Shown: in pieces, positions 1-9,173 of the stretch
How the letters are laid out: each line of letters begins with the position of its first letter
Position numbering within the stretch: the stretch's first letter is position 1
Assembly: GCA_965367815.1 (NCBI GenBank)
Contig: CBDUKN010000019.1
Span: forward strand, 1 to 56,053
Direction of reading: 5' to 3'
Length of the DNA stretch: 56,053 nucleotides
DNA from: an uncultured Thermoprotei archaeon
Lineage (GTDB): Archaea; Thermoproteota; Thermoprotei; Thermofilales; B15-G2
The notes under the pieces: generated by a model
What the model was told of the DNA's origin: nothing
What the model saw: only the letters and a program-made list of their open reading frames with translations
The model's database searches: none
Position numbers and translations under genes: made by a program

Positions 1-70
1 AATGATACGGCGACCACCGAGATCTACACCGTCTAATTCGTCGGCAGCGTCAGATGTGTATAAGAGACAG
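1..70 (+). other. Illumina P5 + i5 index (CGTCTAAT) + Nextera read-1/Tn5 mosaic end adapter (artefact)
   Basis: Exact AATGATACGGCGACCACCGAGATCTACAC-[CGTCTAAT]-TCGTCGGCAGCGTCAGATGTGTATAAGAGACAG. Confidence 0.99.
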
Positions 71-1245
71 AGTGAGATCAGCCACGGGATCTGAAGCAAC
101 ACTTGACTGTACACAAACGCAATCATAGAAACGATAAAGCCGATCACTATTACTCTCGAGGATAATCCTTGGATTTTTTCGCCAGATACTGATGCCTTAA
201 ACACAGCCCAGATACTTCTGCGGTATAAACCTATGAACCCGATTACCAAACCGATACTAGCACCTGCGACCAGAAAAGTCTCTATTTGAAAACCCATAGG
301 TGATGCTATTGTCCCCCTCCTAGCATAAACGTGAAAGTATAGAGATGAACGGTCTGGAGGTAGTGGCAAAATGCCACTCATAACTTCAATTGGAGGGATG
401 ATCCACCAGAATATCAAAGCAAAGATTGTCGTAGACAAGAGAATGTCTGTAGGAGCTAGCATAAACATATAGATTAAGATTGGATCATAGCTGAGCGATG
501 CTACGGCACCTGGAAGCACGGTATATAATGTGGGAACGAGATCCACGCTAGCAGAAAACGCGGGTAACGATGGATCTATATGGGATAATGGACCTAGAAA
601 TAACTGGATTAGAAAGGCGAAGAGAAAGCCGCCCAATATCACTCGGCCCTTAACTCTAGTGTAAGACTCTTTCTCTATAACGGTTTTTGTTACGAGAAGC
701 ATCGGGAAAGGTATTCTCTCGGTTATTATCAATGAAGGCGAGACTATAAGACCAAAGAAGCTGGTCATTAAGATAAATGATCCTATATGTAGCATGACCC
801 ATAGGATTGGGATGGTCCACTCGCTCCAAGGTACAGCGGAACCCCCTAGAACCATTCCTTGCATAACCTCTAGATTTGATGGAACCATTATGCCTATAAA
901 CTCTGGCCAAGTGTCACGTACGTATGGCGACGGATTCAAGATAGCTTGATATATGAAGCCTCCATCGATATAGAACGCCCAGAAATAGCCGACACCAATA
1001 GATGAAAGGAGCATAGCGTAGATTATGGTGAATTCTCCCTTCCTCAACTTGTCTCCTAAGGCTCTAGAGATTATGTAAAAGATTGTTAAGAGAAGTAATG
1101 AGTAGGCACTAGGATAAGTTGCGGTTTCTATGTGGTTGCTAGCATAAAATCCTGCACGAAGCCCCCATAGAATGTTCCAGAGGACCACTAAAACTAAGCC
1201 TATCAGAAAAGCGCGTGCAGTTAAACCGGTTTTTTCTTCGTTCAA
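71..1245 (-). CDS. Polytopic membrane protein, OPT-like/DUF6785-type putative peptide transporter, 3' end truncated by the contig edge
   Basis: Translated by hand from TTG 1245: MNEEKTGLTARAFLIGLVLVVLW...ERIPFP..., about 390 codons with many hydrophobic segments. The frame runs into the adapter without a stop, which is why the ORF track omits it. Confidence 0.75.
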
Positions 1246-1402
1246 TTTTGAAATCCCCCTTCTTTTAGTAATAGAATTATTTTACTTTTACTAGTAATTC
1301 TAATCATTTACTTCTAGTTAATTTAAATATGAATGTATGGTTTTCTTAGTAATTTTGGTACTTAAATTAAATAGAAAATATTTATTGATAATGTAGCATA
1401 AG

Positions 1403-1410
1403 TTTATTAA
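1403..1410 (+). promoter_or_regulatory. Probable archaeal TATA box for the small ORF at 1438
   Basis: TTTATTAA ends 28 nt upstream of ATG 1438, the spacing expected for a leaderless transcript. Confidence 0.45.
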
Positions 1411-1437
1411 TCTCGAATTAGTATTATTACTGAGATT

Positions 1438-1587
1438 ATGATTAAGAAAAGGAGAAGAATAAGGAGAAGAATTCGGATACACAATCCTAAAGCATTAGTT
1501 TGTGTAAAATACATCCAGAAAAATGGTCCTAGACATCGAGGAGGTCGATTTATGAAGAGATGGAATCCTGGCTGGAGGAAAAAGTGA
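1438..1587 (+). CDS. 49-aa very basic small protein of unknown function
   Basis: MIKKRRRIRRRIRIHNPKALVCVKYIQKNGPRHRGGRFMKRWNPGWRKK; 20 K/R, no D/E; TATA-like box upstream; fills an intergenic gap. Confidence 0.6.
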   Translation: MIKKRRRIRRRIRIHNPKALVCVKYIQKNGPRHRGGRFMKRWNPGWRKK

Positions 1588-1641
1588 AGCAGGGAATGCT
1601 GTCAGCTAACTATTATATATTCTTGTGTATGAGGAAGACTG

Positions 1642-2244
1642 ATGTTTGAGGAAGTTAAGCGCAGATACGTTAGAGAGCTCGCTGAGGAAACTTTAGAAAA
1701 TTTGAGGAAGAGAGGCTGGATCACGTTCTATGCTGAAAACGCTGAAGAATGTAAAGCTGAGGTCTCGGAAATACTGCGTGGTGTTAAAAGAGTAGGTATA
1801 CCCGGAAGTGTTACTGTAAGAGAACTTGGATTAATCCAATTGCTTAAAGAAAATGGTTTTGAAGTAGTTGAGCACTGGAATACTAAGAGTGTAGAAGAAG
1901 CAAATAAACTTAGGCGAGAAGAAGTTTTCTGTGAAGCTTTCATACATAGCCCTAACGCTGTTTCAGCTGACGGACACTTAGTGGTCTTAGACTACTACGG
2001 CAACCGTATTGCCGGGAGTATTTTAGGGCCAGAGAAACTAGTCTTTATAGCGGGATACAATAAAATAGAGTCCTGCTTAGAGAGAGCTATCGAAAGAGCT
2101 GAGAAAGTTGCAGTTAAGCTCAATGCGATGAGATTCGGTATTCCAGTAGAGGAAATGAAGTACAATGTGCTCATACTCAAGATTAAGCCTCCCGCCATTA
2201 AAGAAGGCTACGTTATACTAGTGGGAGAACCTTTAGGGTTTTAA
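1642..2244 (+). CDS. LUD-domain (LutC/YkgG-like) protein
   Basis: PGSVT, SPNAVSADGHLVVLDYYGNRI and GYNKI motifs typical of the LUD family. Confidence 0.8.
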   Translation: MFEEVKRRYVRELAEETLENLRKRGWITFYAENAEECKAEVSEILRGVKRVGIPGSVTVRELGLIQLLKENGFEVVEHWNTKSVEEANKLRREEVFCEAFIHSPNAVSADGHLVVLDYYGNRIAGSILGPEKLVFIAGYNKIESCLERAIERAEKVAVKLNAMRFGIPVEEMKYNVLILKIKPPAIKEGYVILVGEPLGF

Positions 2245-2294
2245 GCTAAATTGCCGTTAAGTAGTGATTTATTGCTTAACATATTATTATTACT

Positions 2295-3152
2295 GTGAAG
2301 AAGTCAATTAAAATTGATTCGTGCAAAGTAGAGCTGTATGAGTTTGGTTCGGGGAAGCCCGAAGTATTTATAGTGGCTGGTATTCATGGAGATGAAGCTA
2401 CAGGAGTCTACACTGCCTTCAGGCTAGTAGAGTTTCTTCAAAATAAGGACTTGAAAGGTAAAGTGAAAATAGTGCCTGTGGCTAATCCTCCGGCTTTCCG
2501 CAGAAAAACTAGAACTACGCCTATAGACGGCAAGGACTTAAATAGAGTTTTTCCTGGATCAAAGGATGGTAGTTTTTCCGATAAATTGGCGTTCTCTTTA
2601 TGGAGTATTGCAGTAGAATCAGACTATATTCTTGATCTTCACTGTTGCGGATTAAACTGCTGTCCTTATATTCTAGCTCTTCATCAAGAATACAGTTATG
2701 TGAAAGAGTATGTTTCAAAAATACCTTTACTCTATTGTGTAGAGTCTACAGGTCTAAGAGGTCAGCTTTTCATAGAGGCTTCTCATAATAAAATACCGGC
2801 TGCTATAATTGAAGTCAAGGGAGGCAACGGCACATACGATGAAGAGCACTCGAAAATACTTTTAAGAGCTGTTTTAAGTCTTTTAGCAAATTTAGAATTA
2901 ATTAAAGCGTTTAAAATGCCTGGATCACCAGTATTTCTCGGCAAAATAAGGCAAATAGAGTCTCCAACTGAAGGCTTCTTTAAGCCTCTTCTCGCGCCTG
3001 GCAATTTAGTTGACGAAAGTACGGTCATCGGATTAATTGAAGGAATACTAGTTGAAGCAGAAACAAGAGGAGTTCTAATAAGCATTATGCAGTCTTCATA
3101 TGTGTTGGAAAAAGAGAAAATAGCCAATATAGCGCCTCTCATGGACAAATAG
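2295..3152 (+). CDS. Succinylglutamate desuccinylase/aspartoacylase-family (M14-like) hydrolase
   Basis: AGIHGDE, DLNRVFPG and LDLH motifs. Confidence 0.9.
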   Translation: MKKSIKIDSCKVELYEFGSGKPEVFIVAGIHGDEATGVYTAFRLVEFLQNKDLKGKVKIVPVANPPAFRRKTRTTPIDGKDLNRVFPGSKDGSFSDKLAFSLWSIAVESDYILDLHCCGLNCCPYILALHQEYSYVKEYVSKIPLLYCVESTGLRGQLFIEASHNKIPAAIIEVKGGNGTYDEEHSKILLRAVLSLLANLELIKAFKMPGSPVFLGKIRQIESPTEGFFKPLLAPGNLVDESTVIGLIEGILVEAETRGVLISIMQSSYVLEKEKIANIAPLMDK

Positions 3153-3334
3153 TACTAGCGCTTAATTAGTGCCAGAATGCTGCTATTTGTGTATTATTAC
3201 TAGAGCCTATTAGGTGCTTGTAGAGAAGGCTTATATGCCGTTATGTTTGTCCAAGGAAGCTGTGCTTATGCTAGAAAGGGACTCCTTTGATGATAGTTAG
3301 TGTATTAAATGTTCGATGAGCTAAGGTATCGGTA

Positions 3335-4354
3335 GTGTACATGGATAGAAAATTATATTTCGCGATTGTAGGAGCAGGCGGAATGGGCTCTTTTTACACT
3401 AGAATTTTAAAAGAACTGCCTGAAGCAGAAGTAGTTGCTGTAGTTGATGTAAATGAGTCTCGTGCAAAAGAAGTAGCTCGCCAGTACGGTGTAAGCGAGT
3501 ACTATTCTGACTGGCGTAAAGTACTTGAGAAAAACTATGTGGATGCTGTGGCAGTATGTACTCCAGTTAGGTTCCATAAAGAAATCACTGTAGCTGCTCT
3601 TGAGGCAGGTAAACACGTGATATGTGAAAAGCCTCCGGCAATGAATGCTGCTGAAGCAGAAGAAATGGCTGAAGCAGCTAAGCGAAACAAGAGAATATTG
3701 CTCTATGGTTTTCAGTGGAGGTTTATGGAGGCCTCAAAGTACGTCAAAAACTTGATTGAGAAAAACTACTTAGGTCACGTATATAGGGTTAGAGTACACT
3801 ACTTAAGGAAGTCGATACCGCTTGGCGCTGGAAAATGGTTTATACGCAGAGAGTTCGCTGGAGGAGGAGTATTGATAGACTGTGGAGTCCATTTCATTGA
3901 TTTAGCTTACTGGCTTTTAGGTAGACCGAAGCCCGCTGAAGCTTTCGGCGCAAGCTACGACTACCTAGGGAAGCAAATAGAGGGATTCAGTGTAGAAGAC
4001 ACTTACATAGGAATGGTTCTCTTTGAAAACGGAACTACATTAGTCATAGAGAGCTCTTGGATACAGAACTGGCGTGAAGAACACGGCTTCACGCTTTATG
4101 GTACACAAGGATCTGCGAGCATTTATCCGAGCCTAGAGGTTTACTTGAATCTCGAAGGAAAGTATTCTTTCATAAAGCCTGAAGTAAAGGAAGTTGAGCC
4201 AACAATGCTCAAACTCAAGCATTTTATAGAGACAATTGAGAAAGGCTACAGCGATATTTCACCTAGACCGGAGGACGGAGTAGTAGTAATGAAAATAATA
4301 GACGCACTATATGAGTCGGCGGTTAAAAGAAAATCTGTAGAAATTTCAGTTTAA
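3335..4354 (+). CDS. Gfo/Idh/MocA family oxidoreductase
   Basis: IVGAGGMG, HVICEKP and GGGVLIDCGVHFID motifs. Confidence 0.93.
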   Translation: MYMDRKLYFAIVGAGGMGSFYTRILKELPEAEVVAVVDVNESRAKEVARQYGVSEYYSDWRKVLEKNYVDAVAVCTPVRFHKEITVAALEAGKHVICEKPPAMNAAEAEEMAEAAKRNKRILLYGFQWRFMEASKYVKNLIEKNYLGHVYRVRVHYLRKSIPLGAGKWFIRREFAGGGVLIDCGVHFIDLAYWLLGRPKPAEAFGASYDYLGKQIEGFSVEDTYIGMVLFENGTTLVIESSWIQNWREEHGFTLYGTQGSASIYPSLEVYLNLEGKYSFIKPEVKEVEPTMLKLKHFIETIEKGYSDISPRPEDGVVVMKIIDALYESAVKRKSVEISV

Positions 4355-4406
4355 TTAAACGGTGGTTAAGAAAACTTCGCTCCAGCCGATAGTTGATTAT
4401 ATTGTT

Positions 4407-4792
4407 TTAAATTTCTCTTAAATCAACTACAACTATTTCTAAGTCATTGGCGTGCTCTATAATATACTTGTCGCTTGTAGGCAAAGGAAGTCCATAGTAC
4501 TTTGCTGTAGCTATATGAAAAGAATCGAAGTAGCGTAGTTTCCTCGAGCCGCCATGTTTGCTGTAGTAAGTTAGCGCCTGAGTAGCTATTTCAGTGTTAG
4601 GGGTAAAGGCTTGTAAGGAACACCGTTACTTCTAAGTATTGAAACTATATCATCATAAATTTCTGAAGAAACATAAGCGCTGAGAGCTTCCGAGGCAATA
4701 CTTTTAATAACTTTAGCACTATGTTCAAAAAGTTTATCACCTATAAGATACGATACAAAAATATCTGCGTCGAGAAGAATATATTTATACGT
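4407..4792 (-). pseudogene. VapC/PIN toxin pseudogene
   Basis: Hand translation: YILLDADIFVSYL..., a frameshift near 4600, then ...YFDSFHIATAKYYGLPLPTSD; the apparent start codon is ACG. Confidence 0.75.
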
Positions 4793-5036
4793 AAACGCCG
4801 CCGGTCCTTTTCAGTAGGTATTTTTCCTGTACTTCTTCTAGTTCCTCTAATTCATTGTACTTAAGTAAGCGCTTAAACTTGCCAGCTAATTCTAAGACCT
4901 CGTTTACAGGAGGCTTCAGCAAAATACTGACATCATCTCTCAATTCAAGGGAAAAACACTTTGACCTTAATTTTCTTCCTAATATTAGCTGGGATAAGTA
5001 TTCTACCGCGATCATCCATAGAGACTATTATCCCAC
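4785..5036 (-). pseudogene. AbrB/MazE-type antitoxin, frameshifted
   Basis: One frame gives MDDRGRILIPANIRKKI (AbrB signature); the C-terminal half is in the 4785..5015 ORF frame; overlaps the PIN gene start. Confidence 0.7.
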
Positions 5037-5137
5037 TACCCATATTAATGCTGCTTTATACGGATGTAAGTCTAATACCTTAGTAATTTACCATAGATTA
5101 CAATAGCTTAAATAGACATTAAATTAAAGTAAGAGAA

Positions 5138-6304
5138 CTAGTACTCCACCTTGATTACAGTTCTTTTTGAGAGATTAAAGCATAAGTAAATTCTCTGATC
5201 CATTATAGTCCATGTATTTGGCTTCAATTCTGTTGAATAAATTAAAGTCCTTCCATTAATCTCGATTTTCCTAATAGGCTTGCTTACCTCAAAACTTAAC
5301 GTAAAGTTTTCGCAGGTAAATAATGGCTTGAGTATTATTCTAGTTTCTTGATTACTTTCGAGAACTTCATGTTTTGTTGTCTTAGTTGCAGCGAAGTATC
5401 TGGCTATTTGACTGCACTTCATCCAAACTACATTAAAGTACCTGTTTATTCTTGCAATAGTCTCTTTCAAAGCCCTTATGCTTTCTTCATCTTGTATACT
5501 CCACCAGTGGGTATGAAATATTATGTAAGACATGTTTCTATAAACGTCAACTAGTCTTCCTTTACTGCCGTCTTCGCTTATCCAGTTGTCAATAGATTTA
5601 AACGGATCTTCGCTTCTAGCTAAATGATCTTTAGAACAGCTCGGTATACTTATTACAGCTTCCTTGTTTTCTTTATCAAAATACATTAGTCTGGGTGTTA
5701 CTCGCCTAGAGCACCGCTCTACATTTAGGAAATACCATGTTAGCTTAATTCCATAGATTTTCTTTTCTGCTTCAAGAACAGCTCTCGCGTAAATACCCTC
5801 TACCTCTCTACCGAAGTCGCAGGGACTTGTTACTCCGTTAGCTACAACTCCTATGTCTTTTAATATTTCGAGAGCTTTAGCAATATACTTTGTGAGCGTT
5901 TCTAAGTCTTGGCTTTGCGACCACTCCCACTCTTTTTCGCTTAGAGTTTTATTAGATTCAGTATCTACTACGAAGCTGTGGGTAAGTATCTCGGGAGTAA
6001 TATCGAAGTACTTGACTGCTTTCTCTCTAATAAGTCTCAATGTTTCAGCTAATTCGTTGTCGGGGAGTCCCTTTATTTCCTTGTTTACATAGCCGAGAAT
6101 TTCTCCACTAGAACTTACTATGCAAGGTACTAGCGAAAGTTTTCCCTTTACGCCTAGATCCAAGAGACTAAGCAGTATTTTTCGCATTTTCTTGTATTCT
6201 ACTTCGCCTTGTTCATTAAGACACACTACACTCCAGTCATCTATAATTAGAGAGGCTGGAACCCTAAGTAGAGGATACTCGTATCTAATACTTGAAGTCA
6301 TCAT
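5138..6304 (-). CDS. Hypothetical protein, polysaccharide-deacetylase-like fold
   Basis: 388-aa ORF with LIIDD, DITPEILTH and FHTHW motifs. Confidence 0.6.
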   Translation of the reverse strand: MMTSSIRYEYPLLRVPASLIIDDWSVVCLNEQGEVEYKKMRKILLSLLDLGVKGKLSLVPCIVSSSGEILGYVNKEIKGLPDNELAETLRLIREKAVKYFDITPEILTHSFVVDTESNKTLSEKEWEWSQSQDLETLTKYIAKALEILKDIGVVANGVTSPCDFGREVEGIYARAVLEAEKKIYGIKLTWYFLNVERCSRRVTPRLMYFDKENKEAVISIPSCSKDHLARSEDPFKSIDNWISEDGSKGRLVDVYRNMSYIIFHTHWWSIQDEESIRALKETIARINRYFNVVWMKCSQIARYFAATKTTKHEVLESNQETRIILKPLFTCENFTLSFEVSKPIRKIEINGRTLIYSTELKPNTWTIMDQRIYLCFNLSKRTVIKVEY

Positions 6305-6406
6305 GATGTTTAACTGCGTATGAAATATTAATAAGTTTATAGCATGAAATAGTCCTCGAACTTCTAGGAATTCAGCTATATAAGTGCTTAACTTAATTAT
6401 TAACGT

Positions 6407-7468
6407 ATGTCAGTTTATAGAAGTAGCTTTAAAATTTCTGTAAAATACCCGAGAGATATTAAGGACTATGCTCAGGCCACGAAGAAAATAGCTGAAGAAA
6501 CTCTCAGTTTTCTTAAAGAAAGGTACGGATATGTTGTCAAACAAGTAGAGATAGTATTTCTTAAGACAGGAAACTTCAACTTCTACGCTAGACCAGGCAG
6601 AGTATTCATCGAGTACTATGAAGGAGCATTCGAAAAAGAGCCTACTTACGCTGAGGGTATAGGAGTATACTTTCCTAGTTCACCTTACCTTATAGTGCAT
6701 GAAGTATGCCACAATGCCTTTGGCTTCTGCACATATGAAGGTCTCGCAGAAACATTATCAACTATAGTTTGCAGAGAACTAGGCGATTTATTTGCTGAAC
6801 TTTGGCCTACTGAAATTAGGGTAAAGGAATATGCTGACATGAGACATAATAGAATAATGCAAGCAGATTTCAGTAAACCAGAAATAAAGGGACATCATTT
6901 TGGAGGAACACATGCCTTTTTCATTAATTTAGAAAAGAAAATAGGAGGAAAGAAAATAGGAGAATTTTTGAGAAAAATACACGTAAAATACGTAGAAATT
7001 TCCCAGCCGAGCTTTGTGACTGAAATAAATTCTGATAAGCAAGTCTTTAATTTACTGAAATATTATGGAGATACTAGCATGTATCCAATGGTCTTTTGGA
7101 AACTTCCTTTAGATTGGCTTCAAAGTAGATTAAATTATGTTAAAAAGATGCTTGAGGAGAAAAATCCTAGTGAAGCACTCAAAGAAATAAACACACGAAT
7201 ATATCCTGAGTACATAGTGTCTACTGGGAGTATATTGGAAAACATAGTTATGTGGCTACAAGTGTTAAAATGTAGCTTTAGTATTAATTACTACGACTAC
7301 AGCAGAACAGAAGTAGTTGCTAAACTCGAATCCCCGATTTTTAAAGAAGTCCCCCTACCTCCTTTTGAAATATTTAGAAGAATATTATATATAAATAAAG
7401 ATAAATTTAAAGTATTAATTGATAAACATAACAATTACTGTAAAATTTCAATAGTTACCATGCTCTAG
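6407..7468 (+). CDS. Putative gluzincin-like zinc metallopeptidase
   Basis: HEVCH followed by YEGLAE. Confidence 0.6.
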   Translation: MSVYRSSFKISVKYPRDIKDYAQATKKIAEETLSFLKERYGYVVKQVEIVFLKTGNFNFYARPGRVFIEYYEGAFEKEPTYAEGIGVYFPSSPYLIVHEVCHNAFGFCTYEGLAETLSTIVCRELGDLFAELWPTEIRVKEYADMRHNRIMQADFSKPEIKGHHFGGTHAFFINLEKKIGGKKIGEFLRKIHVKYVEISQPSFVTEINSDKQVFNLLKYYGDTSMYPMVFWKLPLDWLQSRLNYVKKMLEEKNPSEALKEINTRIYPEYIVSTGSILENIVMWLQVLKCSFSINYYDYSRTEVVAKLESPIFKEVPLPPFEIFRRILYINKDKFKVLIDKHNNYCKISIVTML

Positions 7469-7589
7469 AATATTATCCATAAATAACACCACTTTAGAAA
7501 CATAAGAAGTAAATCACCTATGCAAAAATCGAGGAAAACTTTAATAAAACACTAAATCGAAGAAAAGTCGACTTAAAAGAAGGCTTCAT

Positions 7590-8570
7590 ATGTCTGCTAA
7601 GCATTGCTTGAAATTCACTTGCTCTTTAAGAAAACTTTTTAACAGTTTAATCTTAGTGGTCACTGTGGTAGCGAGAAAGATTATGATTCAGGCGACAGGT
7701 TTTGGTACTGGTGTTGGGAAAAGCTTTATAGTAGCTTTACTTTGTAGGCTTTTCAAAGAGAATGGATATAGAGTAGCGCCCTTTAAGACATTAAACTTGA
7801 CTCCTGTAACTTATGTTAAGAATGGGAAAGAATTTGGCTATGCTCAAGCGTTACAGGCTATAGCTGCTGGAGTAGAGCCAGATTATAGAATGAATCCTTT
7901 TACTCTAAAACCTTTAGGTGATGGTAAATTCGACATATTTCTAGAGGGTGTATGTATTAAGAGAAACTATGATCCGACGAAAGATTTTATAAAAGCGAGT
8001 TTAAAACGAATGCTAGGATTTAAAGAAGAATATGAATACATAAAAGATACTGCAAGAAGATGCTTAGAAAGTTTATTGGAGGAATATGATATTATCTGTA
8101 TTGAGGGTTCAGGATCAGTAAAACTCTTCGGCTTCGGCCCCTTCAGCAAATTGCTTGAAATAGCTAATATGGAAACAGCTAAAATTGCGGACGCCCCCGT
8201 CGTTTTCGTTACTGATAACTTAGATTCAATTCTAGGAGTATTATCTTATTTAGAAAAAGAGGAAAGAAGAAGAGTGAAGGGTGTAATATTAAATAAATTT
8301 AGAGCCGACGAGCTTTTAGGTATGGGAATAGAAGAAAAATACATAAGGCTTGGAATAAGGAGACTTAAATCAGTTTACCAGAAAAAGATTGGAATAGATA
8401 TTTTGGGTATTGTTCCATATTTTCCAGAATTAGTGGAGCTCCCGGATCTAGATCCAATTAAGCCCTCACCAAGAATTCCTTTTGACATTTGGAGAAAAAT
8501 AATTAAAAGTATTGTAGAAAAGGCAAGAGAGTATATAGATCTAGATAAAATTTATAAGATTATGTACTGA
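7590..8570 (+). CDS. CobQ/cobyric acid synthase-like ATPase lacking the glutaminase domain (likely start GTG 7665)
   Basis: IMIQATGFGTGVGKS, VAPFK, AQALQAIAAGVEPDYRMNP, EGSGS and GVILNKFR motifs; only about 300 aa. Confidence 0.8.
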   Translation: MSAKHCLKFTCSLRKLFNSLILVVTVVARKIMIQATGFGTGVGKSFIVALLCRLFKENGYRVAPFKTLNLTPVTYVKNGKEFGYAQALQAIAAGVEPDYRMNPFTLKPLGDGKFDIFLEGVCIKRNYDPTKDFIKASLKRMLGFKEEYEYIKDTARRCLESLLEEYDIICIEGSGSVKLFGFGPFSKLLEIANMETAKIADAPVVFVTDNLDSILGVLSYLEKEERRRVKGVILNKFRADELLGMGIEEKYIRLGIRRLKSVYQKKIGIDILGIVPYFPELVELPDLDPIKPSPRIPFDIWRKIIKSIVEKAREYIDLDKIYKIMY

Positions 8571-8611
8571 AGACTAGCTACTACGACTACAGTGAAGTAA
8601 ATGTGGTTACT
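8570..8611 (+). repeat. Degenerate direct copy of 7280-7321 (3' part of the HEXXH gene)
   Basis: Identical TACTACGACTACAG at 7289-7302 and 8579-8592; flanking mismatches are almost all transitions; NYYDYSRTEVVA vs SYYDYSEVNVVT. Confidence 0.6.
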
Positions 8612-8814
8612 GTAGGAAGGAATTTTAGAAGAGGTGTAGTGAGCTCTAGGTATTAAGAGTAATTAAAGGATATAAAATGGTAGAGAATGCCATAACCTTG
8701 CGTTTTACTCTTCTCATAGATACAAAAGCTATAGTTTTAAGCAAAATGAAGTAGTGAAAGTAGAATAGCCAAGTATATTTAAATATAAATTTATATTTAG
8801 TATTACGTAAGCCT

Positions 8815-9144
8815 ATGAGTTCATCTAAAGTTTTTCTATACTTAAATGATGTTTTCATTAAGATTCACTGGTCCTTAAGTGATATTCTTGAGGCATGGGA
8901 AAAGGATCACTTAAAGCCCTTCGAGCTTATTAGGGGTATCGTAGAAAATGAACTTGGAGAAATATTAGATATTAGACTTCATGATACTTATCTTAATTTC
9001 GAAAAAATGATTTTAGTTTTAGACTATATGGTTGACTTTAAAAGCTTATATGCTCGAGGAACCCAGGGAGTGAAAATTATCTACGCGAAGAACCCTAGAG
9101 AAGCTTTAATAGAGTACTATAGATCAAAAAGAAAACCAGATTAA
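8815..9144 (+). CDS. Hypothetical protein
   Basis: 109-aa ORF with plausible composition and an upstream AT-rich TATA-like box. Confidence 0.6.
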   Translation: MSSSKVFLYLNDVFIKIHWSLSDILEAWEKDHLKPFELIRGIVENELGEILDIRLHDTYLNFEKMILVLDYMVDFKSLYARGTQGVKIIYAKNPREALIEYYRSKRKPD

Positions 9145-9173
9145 GCATCTAGTTCTCTAGTAAATACGAAGAA

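Noticed and set aside
656-910. 84-aa ORF in the ORF track
   Set aside because: It is an alternative frame inside the long membrane-protein gene 71-1245.
1262-1432. Repeated TAGTAAT-like motifs and a TTACTAGTAA palindrome in the divergent promoter region
   Set aside because: The motifs are short, irregularly spaced and in very AT-rich DNA, so I cannot distinguish them from chance by eye.
3153-3334. Possible C/D-box sRNA (TGATGA near 3288)
   Set aside because: No suitably placed CTGA D boxes were seen.
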